From positions 1-34,066 of the IMG/VR virus record IMGVR_UViG_2541047909_000004: a stretch of DNA of 34,066 nt; one strand, 5' to 3'. The position numbers were made by a program, and so were the translations under genes. This document shows, in pieces, positions 1-9,900 of the stretch. Position 1 is the first letter of the stretch. Every line of letters begins with the position of its first letter. Under the pieces are notes generated by a model. That model made no database searches and had not been told where the DNA came from. It saw nothing but the letters and a program-made list of their open reading frames with translations. Origin of the DNA: a virus. Lineage: Duplodnaviria; Heunggongvirae; Uroviricota; Caudoviricetes.

Positions 1-193
1 CATCCAACCGCAGCACGTTCTTGCTTAAGACGTGCTGCGGCATAATCCCAATGATTACTCCCTGACAGGGTTCGTAGGCCACTCAATATCAGGTGCAGTT
101 GATGTATCAACACGGTTCAGCAACACCCGATACTTTTTCCAGGCTTCCAGCAACGGGGTTTCTTCCTCCGTTGCATATACAGCTCACCTTTTT

Positions 194-487
194 TCACCCA
201 CGATTAACCAACAGCCAGACCAGCAGACACGCCACCACCGGCACAGCAAAATCTATCAGGCTTGCCACATCCCAAACACGCGGATCAAAACCGCCCCACC
301 ACGGCATGTTAATCCGCTTGCCATGCCCGAACATTTCAATCCAGCGATATTCTGCCTGGGTGTGTTCACGCGCAATGAAGAACGTACAACCGGCTATCGC
401 CCCGTAAACCCAGTTTCCGGCAAAAAGACCAATCATTACCTGCGCAGCCACAGCACAAAGCGCATGAAGAAAAGGTGTTATATCCAT
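194..487 (-). CDS. Small hydrophobic protein (97 aa), predicted membrane protein, function unknown
   Basis: ORF with strong SD (AAGGAGGA) upstream of the ATG at 487; two hydrophobic segments; immediately downstream of the tail-fibre genes. Confidence 0.6.
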   Translation of the reverse strand: MDITPFLHALCAVAAQVMIGLFAGNWVYGAIAGCTFFIAREHTQAEYRWIEMFGHGKRINMPWWGGFDPRVWDVASLIDFAVPVVACLLVWLLVNRG

Positions 488-497
488 TACTCCTCCT

Positions 498-1202
498 TTA
501 TCCGATATCGCTTTGGGAAGTTGATAACAACTTCAATTCTGACTCAAGTTCATCAACTCTTTCAGTCAGTTTCTGGATATGGTGAATCAGTGGAACAACC
601 AGACGTTCGTACATTACACCTTCGGCAACAAGGCCATTGCTGGAAATGGTTTCCGGTGCATCATCTTCGTTGGCTGGTCGCCAGTGAACAAACTGAGGGG
701 CAATTTCTCCTACTTCCTCGGCAATCAATCCATAGAATCCCCAGTCACGCCTGTCATTTTCGCATTGCGACCTGTACCACACAGGGCGCATCCTGAAAAT
801 GAGATCGGCGTGCTCTGAATCTATCGTCTCTACTGAATGTTTATAGCGGATAGACGATGTTGACCGCAGCACAGACGAAATTGCAGGGTCAGGATTAAGA
901 TAAAGATTTGCCGCCGCTGTAGTTGTGCCCAATCCCCATAAATAAAACGCTTCACGGCCAGTCAGCGGGTAAAAATCTCCGCCATAACGACCACTTTCCA
1001 GATCGTTCACTTCCACTTTGTTTTTCAGCTTATTATCCACTTCTGTTTTTGTGTATCTGGTACTGATATCCTGCTTTGCACTGTCCATATCAGTCTGAAG
1101 CGTTGATACTTTTACGTTAATTGAGGAAATATCTTCCTTTGCCTTACTGACATCTCCCTTTAGCGTTTTGATGTCATCAGGAATTACTGTCGATGTAGCC
1201 AT
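498..1202 (-). CDS. Tail fibre C-terminal protein with intramolecular chaperone (peptidase S74-like) domain
   Basis: 234 aa; C-terminal region (DWGFYGLIAEEV...LVVPLIHHIQKLTERVDELESEL) resembles the auto-cleaving chaperone domain of phage tail fibres and endosialidases; SD GAGGAAG before the ATG. Confidence 0.65.
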   Translation of the reverse strand: MATSTVIPDDIKTLKGDVSKAKEDISSINVKVSTLQTDMDSAKQDISTRYTKTEVDNKLKNKVEVNDLESGRYGGDFYPLTGREAFYLWGLGTTTAAANLYLNPDPAISSVLRSTSSIRYKHSVETIDSEHADLIFRMRPVWYRSQCENDRRDWGFYGLIAEEVGEIAPQFVHWRPANEDDAPETISSNGLVAEGVMYERLVVPLIHHIQKLTERVDELESELKLLSTSQSDIG

Positions 1203-1211
1203 TTTTCTTCC

Positions 1212-1493
1212 TCACATCCAGCTACGGAGTTGATGCTCAACAGCAACCGCGTGTTCATCGAATAATGACGATATTTGCGAATCATTAATGATGCGCACAT
1301 TTACAAAATATCCGTCCTCCTTAACACATACCGGCTCGCCATCTTCAGTAAGTTCTCCGGTTTCTTTGTACACATTACCTATCACGTCAATAAGAATATC
1401 ATCCTGCATCGACTCGTCATCATAATAGCCAATGCTCTCCATAAAGGCCGAAAAGTCGGCCCTGTCTGCAAATTTGAGTGTTAAATCTTTCAT
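1212..1493 (-). CDS. Small acidic protein downstream of stf (93 aa), possible tail-fibre accessory protein
   Basis: ORF whose start overlaps the stf stop (ATGA); no recognisable motif; function is inferred from position only. Confidence 0.5.
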   Translation of the reverse strand: MKDLTLKFADRADFSAFMESIGYYDDESMQDDILIDVIGNVYKETGELTEDGEPVCVKEDGYFVNVRIINDSQISSLFDEHAVAVEHQLRSWM

Positions 1494-3844
1494 TTAATAC
1501 TCTCCCCCATTTGCGCATCAGTTAATTCTTTATGCCAGAGACGAAGATTTCTCAAATGGCCGAATAGATGACGAGTTCCCGATGTGGCTTGACCTCCAAT
1601 TCGAATAAAGGTCCGTGTTTTTACGCCCGTCCACTCCGTTTTCATAGTTTTAGTAGCCTCACCGTTAGAAACTACTCGTTTAGTACCATCAGAATAAATA
1701 TTAAAACCACCAATGAATTTTCGAACATCAGTTCGACCAGCAAACACACTAGAAACGTAAGTACTTGTCGACGCTTTATAAGTTTGCATATAAAGCTGAC
1801 CGTAATATTTCTCAGTTGTGTTAAAAGCGTATGTAATTGACTCAATAGGTGGCACACCAGAAAAATCAAAAATACGCGGTGCTACATTAGGAGGAATATC
1901 GCCCCAATTTCTATTAACCTCGACAAGACACGTAAGCGGTCTATTATAGATATTATTTTCAGTTGGGATCGTCACCATATCACTGGAGCGGGTTGCGGGT
2001 GCAGTTGTCGTAATAACAAAAGATGAAGCACATCCGCCGTTTTCAAATTGTGGTGTTGCAAGGTAAATATAATCTCCCGCTTCAGTTATACCACCTTTTT
2101 TCGGCGCATACTGAATCATTGCGCCAATTAAGGTTTCACCTTCAACAGCTTCTATAGTTGCCTCATAGAAAATCCACCCTGTAACCGGATCTTTAGTTGC
2201 AGTAGCTGCTATTCTATTGGCTGCCCCGCCAGTTTTTTCTATTATCAGAGTTCCGAAAGTTAAATAAGCATCTCCTAAAAATGTATAAACCGACCCATCG
2301 TATTTTTCAAAACGCAAACGACAACGAAGACCATCAGGAGCTTTAACCCTGCATGAAACAGTGCAATACTTATTATCGCCACTAACATCAATCCCCCGGG
2401 ATGCACTGCATGTATGCAGACTAAGTGCAGATGATTGTCCTGTCATATTATCTTTTGTTCGCATTTTGGCATATGAAAAACCAAATTCATCAACACCATT
2501 ATTAGTTTTATCGATATTGCTGGTACTCGTCCATTCAGCGGGAGTATTGGATTTAACAAAATAGTTAGTGCGCTGTCCTTCAATCAATAAACCTTCTTTT
2601 TCAAATCGTGGCTCATCAATTTTAGCAACACTAAATACGCCTGATTTATTGATATATGTGGCAGTTGATGCGCGTTTAAACTTAACAACCTTGTCGCCAG
2701 GCATCGTTATTTCATCATCACCAATAACAATTTTTTTATATGACGGCGAAAAGCCCGTAATCATATCCAGTGAATCGTTAAACGGTATCCACACATCAGG
2801 CAGTGGCTGTAAGACATATTTATACGGCTCTGCTGCCTGACTTGCATACTCTCTGGCTGCGTCTTCACTTGCTTTAGCTGCTGTCTGGCTTGCTGCCGAT
2901 GCTTTCGCCGAGTTCGCCGCTGCAGTCTCGCTTGTCTTTGCATTGGTTTCACTGGTTTTTGCTGCTTTTTGACTGTTGGCTGATGCAGTGGCAGAAGCAG
3001 CCGCCGCGCTTGCAGAACCAGCTGCAGCACTCTCGCTTTGGGCTGCTGCATCCTGACTGTTTTTCGCCGCAGTTTCGCTGGCTTTGGCATTCGTTTCGCT
3101 GGTCTTCGCTGCCGTCTGGCTGTTAGCCGCAGCAGTTGCTGATCCAGCTGCTGAAGTCGCAGAACCGGCTGCCGCGCTCTCGCTTTGGGCTGCTGCAACC
3201 TGGCTGTTTTTTGCCGCAGTTTCACTGGCTTTGGCGTTCGTTTCGCTGGTTTTCGCTGCCGTCTGGCTGGACTTTGCGTTGGTTTCGCTCGTCTTTGCGG
3301 CTGTCTCGCTATTTTTCGCGTTGGTTTCTGATTTTTTGGCTGCTGTCGCGGAGTTTGCCGATGCAGTCTTTGAGGTCGCTGCCGCCTGTGCACTATTAGC
3401 TGCATTCGTTTCTGAGGTTTTCGCCGCGTTCTTCGATGATGCCGCTGCAGTTTCGGATTTCTTTGCCGCCGCTGCGCTCTGAGAGGCGGCTTCAGCGTTG
3501 CGTGCCGCTTCTTCCACCATTTCCTCAAAACGACGCAATGCCTCCGGCATGACATCATCTTCCGTCATGGCACCGAGAAAATCATTCAGCGTCCCCGGCT
3601 TAGAATCTTCATACACGGTGATGGTCCCGGCATGTGAAGGCGGAAAACCTTCAACCAGCAGGATAACGCTGTACTGGCCATACTCAACATCCATACTGTA
3701 ACGCCCGGCTTCATCCGGATTTTCTGAGGCCACCGTGTTTACCACAACCGTGGTGCTGTTACGTTTTGCTTTCAGCTGGATTGAGCAGTTCTGTACCGGT
3801 TTTCCTGTGCCGTCTTTCAGTACACCTGAAATCTTTACTGCCAT
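1490..3844 (-). CDS. stf: Side tail fibre protein (lambda Stf-like) with long Ala/Ser/Thr-rich repeat region
   Basis: 784 aa; N-terminus MAVKISGVLKDGTGKPVQNC... matches the lambda-type Stf N-terminal domain; central K-x-S-E-T-x-A heptad-like repeats. Confidence 0.85.
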   Translation of the reverse strand: MAVKISGVLKDGTGKPVQNCSIQLKAKRNSTTVVVNTVASENPDEAGRYSMDVEYGQYSVILLVEGFPPSHAGTITVYEDSKPGTLNDFLGAMTEDDVMPEALRRFEEMVEEAARNAEAASQSAAAAKKSETAAASSKNAAKTSETNAANSAQAAATSKTASANSATAAKKSETNAKNSETAAKTSETNAKSSQTAAKTSETNAKASETAAKNSQVAAAQSESAAAGSATSAAGSATAAANSQTAAKTSETNAKASETAAKNSQDAAAQSESAAAGSASAAAASATASANSQKAAKTSETNAKTSETAAANSAKASAASQTAAKASEDAAREYASQAAEPYKYVLQPLPDVWIPFNDSLDMITGFSPSYKKIVIGDDEITMPGDKVVKFKRASTATYINKSGVFSVAKIDEPRFEKEGLLIEGQRTNYFVKSNTPAEWTSTSNIDKTNNGVDEFGFSYAKMRTKDNMTGQSSALSLHTCSASRGIDVSGDNKYCTVSCRVKAPDGLRCRLRFEKYDGSVYTFLGDAYLTFGTLIIEKTGGAANRIAATATKDPVTGWIFYEATIEAVEGETLIGAMIQYAPKKGGITEAGDYIYLATPQFENGGCASSFVITTTAPATRSSDMVTIPTENNIYNRPLTCLVEVNRNWGDIPPNVAPRIFDFSGVPPIESITYAFNTTEKYYGQLYMQTYKASTSTYVSSVFAGRTDVRKFIGGFNIYSDGTKRVVSNGEATKTMKTEWTGVKTRTFIRIGGQATSGTRHLFGHLRNLRLWHKELTDAQMGESIK
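2880..3480. repeat. Tandem repeats inside stf: ~21-bp periodic units plus a ~150-bp near-perfect duplication
   Basis: DNA block around 3025-3120 is repeated at about 3175-3270; produces spurious ORFs in several frames on both strands. Confidence 0.8.
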
Positions 3845-3854
3845 ATTCCCCCCA

Positions 3855-3882
3855 CAAAAAAGCCCACCTGAACCGGCGGGCT
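3855..3882 (-). terminator. Hairpin followed by T-run between lom and stf (minus strand)
   Basis: Minus-strand AGCCCGCCGG..GGTGGGCT stem followed by TTTTTTG. Confidence 0.5.
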
Positions 3883-3908
3883 GTCATAACACTGTGTTAC
3901 CTGGCTAA

Positions 3909-4508
3909 TCAGAATTTATAACCGACACCCACGATGAAACCGTCAGTGCGCCAGTCACCACTGCCGGAGCCTTCATAAGCAATATCAATGGCCACGGATT
4001 CGGTCGGGTTAAACTGCACGCCAGCCCCCCACGCCAGAGACGTGTTGCTGTGGCGACCGTCATCACTTCCGGTCAGCACATCGTGCGTTTTCCCCTTGTT
4101 GTCAGTTACGCGAAGGTAATCCCCGGAAAAAGTCGAAACACGGCTGTAAGCCATACCCGCCATCGCATACGCGCTGAACCATTCATTCACGCGCACAGAC
4201 GGCCCCGCCATCACGCTGAACCAGCGGTTACGCACGGAATCTTCATGCCAGCGGGTATCGCTGTAACGGGTCAGCTGGCGATTCTTGTCTCCTGCATAGC
4301 TGAATGACGTCACCAGCCCCAGCGTATCCGTAAACTCATAACGGTATTTCACGTTAATCCCGTTCAGATCATCACTGCCGGGAACGTTGGTCCGGGCATG
4401 AAGATACCCCGCGCTCAGCGTGAACTGATGTTCAGATGCCCATGCAGGCGCACCGGATACGGCCAGACAAATGGCTGCGGACAAAATGGCGGCATAAAGT
4501 TTACGCAT
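3909..4508 (-). CDS. lom: Outer membrane protein Lom (Ail/Lom family)
   Basis: 199 aa; near-identical to lambda Lom from recall (MRKLYAAILSAAICLAVSGAPAWA signal peptide, C-terminal ...FIVGVGYKF); SD GAGAGG. Confidence 0.9.
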   Translation of the reverse strand: MRKLYAAILSAAICLAVSGAPAWASEHQFTLSAGYLHARTNVPGSDDLNGINVKYRYEFTDTLGLVTSFSYAGDKNRQLTRYSDTRWHEDSVRNRWFSVMAGPSVRVNEWFSAYAMAGMAYSRVSTFSGDYLRVTDNKGKTHDVLTGSDDGRHSNTSLAWGAGVQFNPTESVAIDIAYEGSGSGDWRTDGFIVGVGYKF

Positions 4509-4530
4509 AATTACCTCTCGCTTTTCTGCA

Positions 4531-4559
4531 ATAAAAAAGGCACCATTTCTGGTGCCCTT
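4531..4559 (-). terminator. Rho-independent terminator downstream of J
   Basis: Minus-strand GGCACC/GGTGCC stem followed by TTTTTTAT. Confidence 0.6.
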
Positions 4560-4577
4560 ATATGGGTTATAACAATT

Positions 4578-7500
4578 TCAACGAATACTGATGCCGGAAG
4601 CGGCTTTTTTGGTCACAATCACCGTACAGTCGGTGATATTACCTGCCCACTGATTGCCTTTATGGAAAACCTTAAACTCCAGAGTGACGCTTCCCCTGCC
4701 ACTCGGCATATCAATAACCGCACTGTAGCTACCGGGAATGGCCCCTTTAGTTTCTCTGGATGCGATTAATACACCGTTTTTGCGAACTTCAAAACCATAA
4801 CCCGTGTATCTTGTACCTCCCGGGTTATTACCACTTCCCGGATCGCTATACGCTATTCCGTTAAAGATAATGGGCGGAATAATGATTTGACGGTCAAAGT
4901 TATGATCATCGCTGATGGTGACTGTAACCGTCCCGTTTGGTGTTTCCGTGTTACCCCACGTACCAGCCTGTTTCGGGAATGATTTGGATACAGCTTTAAC
5001 GAAGTCACCTCTGACCTGAGTCGCCTCCAGCATGCCCTTAATCGTACAGTTTTCATTTACCGTGACATTGTTGAGCGTCCCGGCGTTCGCATTCACTCTG
5101 CCACTGATATCCGCATTTTTAGCGGTCAGCTTTCCGTCTGATGTCAGGGAAAATGCCGGTGGATTTCCACCACTGGTAATGGTCGGGGCCGTCAGGCGCT
5201 TCAGGAACACGTCGTTCATAAATATCTGATTGCCCTGCGCCACAAACATCGGCGTTTCATTCCCGTTTGCCGGGTCAATAAACGCGATACGGTTAGCGGC
5301 AACCAGAAACTGGCTCAGCTTGCCTTCTTCCGTGTCCTCCATGCTGAGGCCAATACCCGCGACATAATGTTTGCCGTCTTTGGTCTGCTCAATTTTGACG
5401 CCCCACATGGCATTCCATTTATCGTTGGCGTCCTTCCACTCTTTCGAAAACTCCTCCAGTTTGCTGGCGTTATCCTCCGTCAGCTCGACTTTTTCCAGCA
5501 GCTCCTTGCCGAGATGGGATTCAGTTATCTGGCCTTTGAAAAAATCCAGGTAACCTTCCGCATCATCGCTCGCCCGACCGACAGCCTCCACGAATATCGA
5601 TTTGCCGACGGTGTTCACACTGCGAACGTAAAAATAATAATCATGGCCCGGTTTGATATTGATACTGGCGGCTATCCAGTACAGCGCCGTGCCAAGATAG
5701 CGGGCTGTGGTTTCAACCTGCCTGATATCCGCAATCCGCTTTTCCGAGAACCAGAACTCAAACTGTACAGTCGGATCATAAACCGCAAGATGCGGCGTGG
5801 CGGTTATCTGAAAATAGCCCGGCGTCAGCTCAATCCTCGACGGTGCTGCCGGTGCGGCAATCCGGAACGATACCGACGCCGGATCGCCCTGCTGCCCCCA
5901 CGCATTTACCGCCCGGACTGTCAGTCTGTAGTTCCCCAGCGCCAGTTGCGTGAAGCGGTATGTGGTTTCCGTCGTCCGGGCCGTGCTGACCAGCCGCTCA
6001 CTGCCGTCATCCGCTGTTACGGTCAGACGGAGCAGGAAGCTCACGCCCTTCACCACCTTCGGCGTGTCCCAGCGCGCCAGCACCTGATATTCCCCGCTGT
6101 CTGCGGTGACTTCGGCGGTCAGGTGCTGCACCGCTGGCGGCGTGACACCATTCACCGTGCCGCTCTGGTCGCCGTCAAAGTGCGCCCCGTTATCCACGAT
6201 GGCTTCTTTTTCCGGTACATGCTGCACGGCAGTGATGGCATACGTGCCGTCATCGTTCTCACGGATACTCACACAGCGGAACAGGCGCTGACGCAACGTC
6301 GGCAGCTTCAGCCCCCACACACTGTATTCTGCAACGCCGTCAGGAACCCGGTTCACTTTCACCTTAAGTCCGTCGGTGACGGACTGAACCTCCACGCTGA
6401 CCGGATTACCACTTCCGTCAACCAGGCTTATCAGCGTGGTACCGGAGGATGGCAGCGTGATTTCACGGTCGAGCGTCAGCGTCCGGGTCTGGCTGTTCAC
6501 CGCCAGCACGCGACCACCGGTGCTGATACCGGCATAGTCATCATCGCAGATTTCAATGACATCGCCCGGTACATGGCGAAGCCCTTCAGCACCCACGCTG
6601 AAATCCACGGTCTGCGTCTCCAGCAGTTCAGTTTTAATCAGCCACAGCCCGGCGCGGTGTGCCTGCCCCCGGCTGGTACAGCCAAAAGCATCCATCTTCG
6701 TGACGCTACGACCGTAACGGGCAATGGCCTGCGTGTCCTCCACAAGCTCTGTCGCCGTCTCCCAGCCGTTATTCGGGTCAATCCAGTTCACCTCAACGGC
6801 ATTATGGCGGTCCTTCAGGGCGCTGAAGCTGTAGCGGAACGGCGCACCATCATCCGGCATCACCACATTACTGCGGTTATAGGTCCACACCTTATCCGAC
6901 GGTCGGTCCTGCACGAACGTCAGCGTCTGCCCGTTCCATACCGGCATACAGCGCATCGCCGAGCAGAAATCACTGAGCACATCCCACGCCTTGCGCTGTG
7001 TGGTCAGGTACGCATTACAGGTGATGCGCGGCTCCGTGCCGCCAAAACCGTCCGGCACCGACTGGTCGCAGTAGTGGCCGATGACATACAGCGCCCATTT
7101 GTCCACATCCGCCGCACCAAGACGTTTCCCCATGCCGTAGCGCGGATGGGTCAGCATATCCCACAGACACCAGGCCATGTTGTTGCTGTATGCTGGCTTA
7201 AACGTTCCGTCCCAGATACCGCTGTATTGCCGCGTCTGCGGGTTATAGTTCGACGGCACCTGCAGAATACGCCCGCGCAGATGATAATTACGGCTCACCT
7301 GCTGGCTGCCGAACTGCTCCGAGTCCACCTGCACGCCGACCAGTGCCGTGTTCGGGTAGCACTGTTTCACATCGATGATTTCGGTGTATGACGACCAGAG
7401 CGTTTTGTTCTGCAGCTGGTCTGTGGTGCTGTCCGGCGTCATCCTGCGCATCCGTATATTGAACGGGCGCGGCGGCAGGTTACCCACCACCACCGAGGCC

Positions 7501-8183
7501 AGATACTGCGAGGTGGTTTTGCCCTTAATGGTGATGTCTTTTTCCGTCACCCAGCCACCATTACGCTGTATCTGAACCAGCAGGCGGACTTCCGACGGAT
7601 TCCTGTCCCCCTTTGAGGTGGTTTCCACCAGTGCCTGCACGCCGAAGGTAAAACGCAGTCGGTCAATGTTTGCCGACGTGATGGTCCGGGTGATCGGCGT
7701 GTCGTATTTCACTTCCGTACCCAGCACCGTCTCGGAGCCGGAGGATTCAAATCCCTCCGGCGGTGTCTGCTCCTGCTCACCGGCCCGGAACACCACCGTG
7801 ACGCCGGAGATGTTGGTATTCCCCTCTTCGTCACGCATGTTCTGCATGATGATGCGACGGCGGCGGTAAGCCGGGTCCGCCAGATTCTGCGGATCTTCAT
7901 CCGGCAGGCGACGCAGGGTCATCTGCGGATTCACCTCATGCTTGGGTTTGACATATCCCGGCGTAAATTCAGAGGTGGAGCCGCCACGGGAGCGGATAAC
8001 CTCACCGGAAACAATCGGCGAAACGTACAGCGCCATGTTTACCAGTCCCGGAATTTGTGAGAGATAGACTTTCTCCGTGGTGAAGGGATAGCTCTCACGG
8101 AAAAAGAGACGCAGAAACAGCGGATCAAACTTAAATTTCTGCTCATTTGCCGCCAGCAGCTGGGCGGTTGTGTACATCGACAT
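4578..8183 (-). CDS. In-frame fusion of major capsid protein E N-terminus (aa 1-120) to tail tip/host specificity protein J (lacking ~45 N-terminal aa)
   Basis: Translation starts [30 protein letters not shown]... (lambda E N-terminus) and switches at ...[10 protein letters not shown]|[19 protein letters not shown]... to lambda J sequence; junction near 7823; the displayed ORF start at 8210 is a non-ATG artefact. Confidence 0.8.
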   Translation of the reverse strand: MSMYTTAQLLAANEQKFKFDPLFLRLFFRESYPFTTEKVYLSQIPGLVNMALYVSPIVSGEVIRSRGGSTSEFTPGYVKPKHEVNPQMTLRRLPDEDPQNLADPAYRRRRIIMQNMRDEEGNTNISGVTVVFRAGEQEQTPPEGFESSGSETVLGTEVKYDTPITRTITSANIDRLRFTFGVQALVETTSKGDRNPSEVRLLVQIQRNGGWVTEKDITIKGKTTSQYLASVVVGNLPPRPFNIRMRRMTPDSTTDQLQNKTLWSSYTEIIDVKQCYPNTALVGVQVDSEQFGSQQVSRNYHLRGRILQVPSNYNPQTRQYSGIWDGTFKPAYSNNMAWCLWDMLTHPRYGMGKRLGAADVDKWALYVIGHYCDQSVPDGFGGTEPRITCNAYLTTQRKAWDVLSDFCSAMRCMPVWNGQTLTFVQDRPSDKVWTYNRSNVVMPDDGAPFRYSFSALKDRHNAVEVNWIDPNNGWETATELVEDTQAIARYGRSVTKMDAFGCTSRGQAHRAGLWLIKTELLETQTVDFSVGAEGLRHVPGDVIEICDDDYAGISTGGRVLAVNSQTRTLTLDREITLPSSGTTLISLVDGSGNPVSVEVQSVTDGLKVKVNRVPDGVAEYSVWGLKLPTLRQRLFRCVSIRENDDGTYAITAVQHVPEKEAIVDNGAHFDGDQSGTVNGVTPPAVQHLTAEVTADSGEYQVLARWDTPKVVKGVSFLLRLTVTADDGSERLVSTARTTETTYRFTQLALGNYRLTVRAVNAWGQQGDPASVSFRIAAPAAPSRIELTPGYFQITATPHLAVYDPTVQFEFWFSEKRIADIRQVETTARYLGTALYWIAASINIKPGHDYYFYVRSVNTVGKSIFVEAVGRASDDAEGYLDFFKGQITESHLGKELLEKVELTEDNASKLEEFSKEWKDANDKWNAMWGVKIEQTKDGKHYVAGIGLSMEDTEEGKLSQFLVAANRIAFIDPANGNETPMFVAQGNQIFMNDVFLKRLTAPTITSGGNPPAFSLTSDGKLTAKNADISGRVNANAGTLNNVTVNENCTIKGMLEATQVRGDFVKAVSKSFPKQAGTWGNTETPNGTVTVTISDDHNFDRQIIIPPIIFNGIAYSDPGSGNNPGGTRYTGYGFEVRKNGVLIASRETKGAIPGSYSAVIDMPSGRGSVTLEFKVFHKGNQWAGNITDCTVIVTKKAASGISIR

Positions 8184-8238
8184 AAAAAAATCCCGTAAAA
8201 AAAGCCGCACAGGCGGCCTTTAGTGATGAAGGGTAAAG

Positions 8239-8571
8239 TTAAACGATGCTGATTGCCGTTCCGGCAAACGCGGTCCGTTTTTTCGTCTCGTCGCTGGCAG
8301 CCTCCGGCCAGAGCACATCCTCATAACGGAACGTGCCGGACTTGTAGAACGTCAGCGTGGTGCTGGTCTGGTCAGCTGCAACAGCCAGAATGCCAACGGC
8401 AGCACCGTCGGTGGTGCCATCCCACGCAACCAGCTTACGGGTGGCGGTGTCAAGCATCAGCGGAGTCATTGCAGGCGCTTTCGCACTCAATCCGCCGGGC
8501 GCGGTTGCGGTATGAGCCGGGTCACTGTTGCCCAGCGGCTGGTAATGGGTAAAGGTTTCTTTGCTCGTCAT
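8239..8571 (-). CDS. D: Head decoration protein D
   Basis: 110 aa from the second ATG ([12 protein letters not shown]...AISIV); SD AAGGG; matches lambda gpD by recall. Confidence 0.9.
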   Translation of the reverse strand: MTSKETFTHYQPLGNSDPAHTATAPGGLSAKAPAMTPLMLDTATRKLVAWDGTTDGAAVGILAVAADQTSTTLTFYKSGTFRYEDVLWPEAASDETKKRTAFAGTAISIV

Positions 8572-8580
8572 AAACATCCC

Positions 8581-8976
8581 TTACACTGGTGTGTTCAGCA
8601 AATCGTTAACGGCATCAGATGCCGGGTTACCTGCAGCCAGTGGTGCCGGTGCACCCTGCATCAGACGATCCAGCGCAGTGTCACTGCGCGCCTGTGCACT
8701 CTGTGGTGCTGCGGCCAGAATGCGGCGGGCCGTTTCCACGGTCATTCCGGGGGTTTCTGCCAGCACGCGCGCCTGTTCTTCGCGTCCGTGAGCCTCCTCA
8801 CAGTTGAGGATCCCCATAATGCGGCTGTTTTCTGCCGCAACCGCTGCGGTGATCTGCGCGTTCACGTCCGGCTGCGCCGCGCTGGCGTTTTCGCCCTCCG
8901 TCGCTGGCACCACGTCAGTAACGTCAGCCTGCGAAGCAGTGGCTGAAACAGTTGTTGATTGAGTCTCTTTGGTCAT
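8581..8976 (-). CDS. Nu3: Scaffolding protein Nu3 (in-frame internal start within C)
   Basis: ATG at 8976 with SD CAGGAGG; MTKETQSTTVSATASQ... 131 aa, same frame and stop as C. Confidence 0.75.
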   Translation of the reverse strand: MTKETQSTTVSATASQADVTDVVPATEGENASAAQPDVNAQITAAVAAENSRIMGILNCEEAHGREEQARVLAETPGMTVETARRILAAAPQSAQARSDTALDRLMQGAPAPLAAGNPASDAVNDLLNTPV

Positions 8977-9900
8977 TCGCCCTCCTGAGAGACGGGATTT
9001 ACGTGCATCCAGTGCATCACGCATGACGGTGATCGCATCGGTGCTGTTAACAAGTTCATCAGCCAGTCCGGCATCAATGGCCTCCTGACCGCTGTACACT
9101 GCAGCCTCGGTATCCAGCACAGCCTGCACGGACAGGCCGGTATATGCCGACACCTTCTGCGCAAACATCTGGCGGGTTGCATCCATCCGGGACTGCAGTG
9201 TCTCCCGGACGTCATCCGGAAGATGGCTGTAGGGGTTGCCATCCACCTTATGGCTGCCGCTGTAAATCAGCGTGATTTCCACGCCCTGTTTCTCCAGCGC
9301 AGCACCGTAATTACTGTGAGCCATCATGACGCCGATGGAGCCTGTCCGGGCGGTCTGCGTGACCAGACGCCGGGAGGCGGCGCTGGCAAGCAGCTGACCT
9401 GCACTGCAGTTCATGTCGTTGGCCAGCGCCCATACCGGTTTTATGTCACGCACACGGGCGATGATGTCAGCGCAGTCAAATGTCCCTGCCACCATTCCGC
9501 CGGGCGTGTCCATATCGAGCAGAATGCCGTCCACCATCGGGTCACTGGCAGCCTGTTGCAGACGGGCGATAATGCCGTTGTAACCGGTCATCCCCGAATA
9601 AGGCTGCAGCGCCCGCGTCCGGCTGACCAGCGTACCGGACACCGGCAGCACGGCGATGCCGTTCATGACCTGATAACTGCGGGCCTGTCGTGGTCCGTCA
9701 CCATCACCGACTAACGCCAGCGTCGCGGGTGCCTCTCCGGCAGTCAGGCTGTCGCCGGACACCGCATCCGTCAGGCGGCTGATCCCAAGCTGGCCTGCAA
9801 GCGCACAAAAGAAAACCCGCGCATAAGCGGGTTCAAGCATCAGCGGCTCATTAAAGGCCATGCTGGCAATATGCGGGAGATTACGCAGCTCTGCTGTCAC
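8581..9900 (-). CDS. C: Head protease / minor capsid protein C (S49 peptidase family), GTG start
   Basis: VTAELRNLPHIASMAFNEPLMLEPAYARVFF... matches lambda gpC; GTG at 9900 preceded by AGGAGGAGA. Confidence 0.85.
   Translation of the reverse strand: MTAELRNLPHIASMAFNEPLMLEPAYARVFFCALAGQLGISRLTDAVSGDSLTAGEAPATLALVGDGDGPRQARSYQVMNGIAVLPVSGTLVSRTRALQPYSGMTGYNGIIARLQQAASDPMVDGILLDMDTPGGMVAGTFDCADIIARVRDIKPVWALANDMNCSAGQLLASAASRRLVTQTARTGSIGVMMAHSNYGAALEKQGVEITLIYSGSHKVDGNPYSHLPDDVRETLQSRMDATRQMFAQKVSAYTGLSVQAVLDTEAAVYSGQEAIDAGLADELVNSTDAITVMRDALDARKSRLSGGRMTKETQSTTVSATASQADVTDVVPATEGENASAAQPDVNAQITAAVAAENSRIMGILNCEEAHGREEQARVLAETPGMTVETARRILAAAPQSAQARSDTALDRLMQGAPAPLAAGNPASDAVNDLLNTPV

Noticed and set aside
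32-796. 254-aa plus-strand ORF at the start of the window
   Set aside because: Overlaps two minus-strand genes that have strong SD sequences and protein-like translations; no SD and His/Arg-rich composition
2761-3558. 265-aa minus-strand ORF and several 78-132-aa plus-strand ORFs (2890-3482) nested in the stf repeat region
   Set aside because: Alternative-frame readings of GC-rich tandem repeats with Arg/Gln-rich or Ala/Leu/Phe-rich low-complexity translations; the stf frame carries the recognisable Stf N- and C-terminal domains
5367-7391. 674-aa plus-strand ORF antisense to J
   Set aside because: Arg-rich, low-complexity translation antisense to a confidently identified gene; typical open antisense frame in GC-rich coding DNA
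8184-8210. Nine extra N-terminal codons (MRLFLRDFF) on the E'::'J ORF
   Set aside because: Begins at a non-ATG codon inside the D-E intergenic terminator hairpin; the ATG at 8183 gives the canonical MSMYTT capsid start
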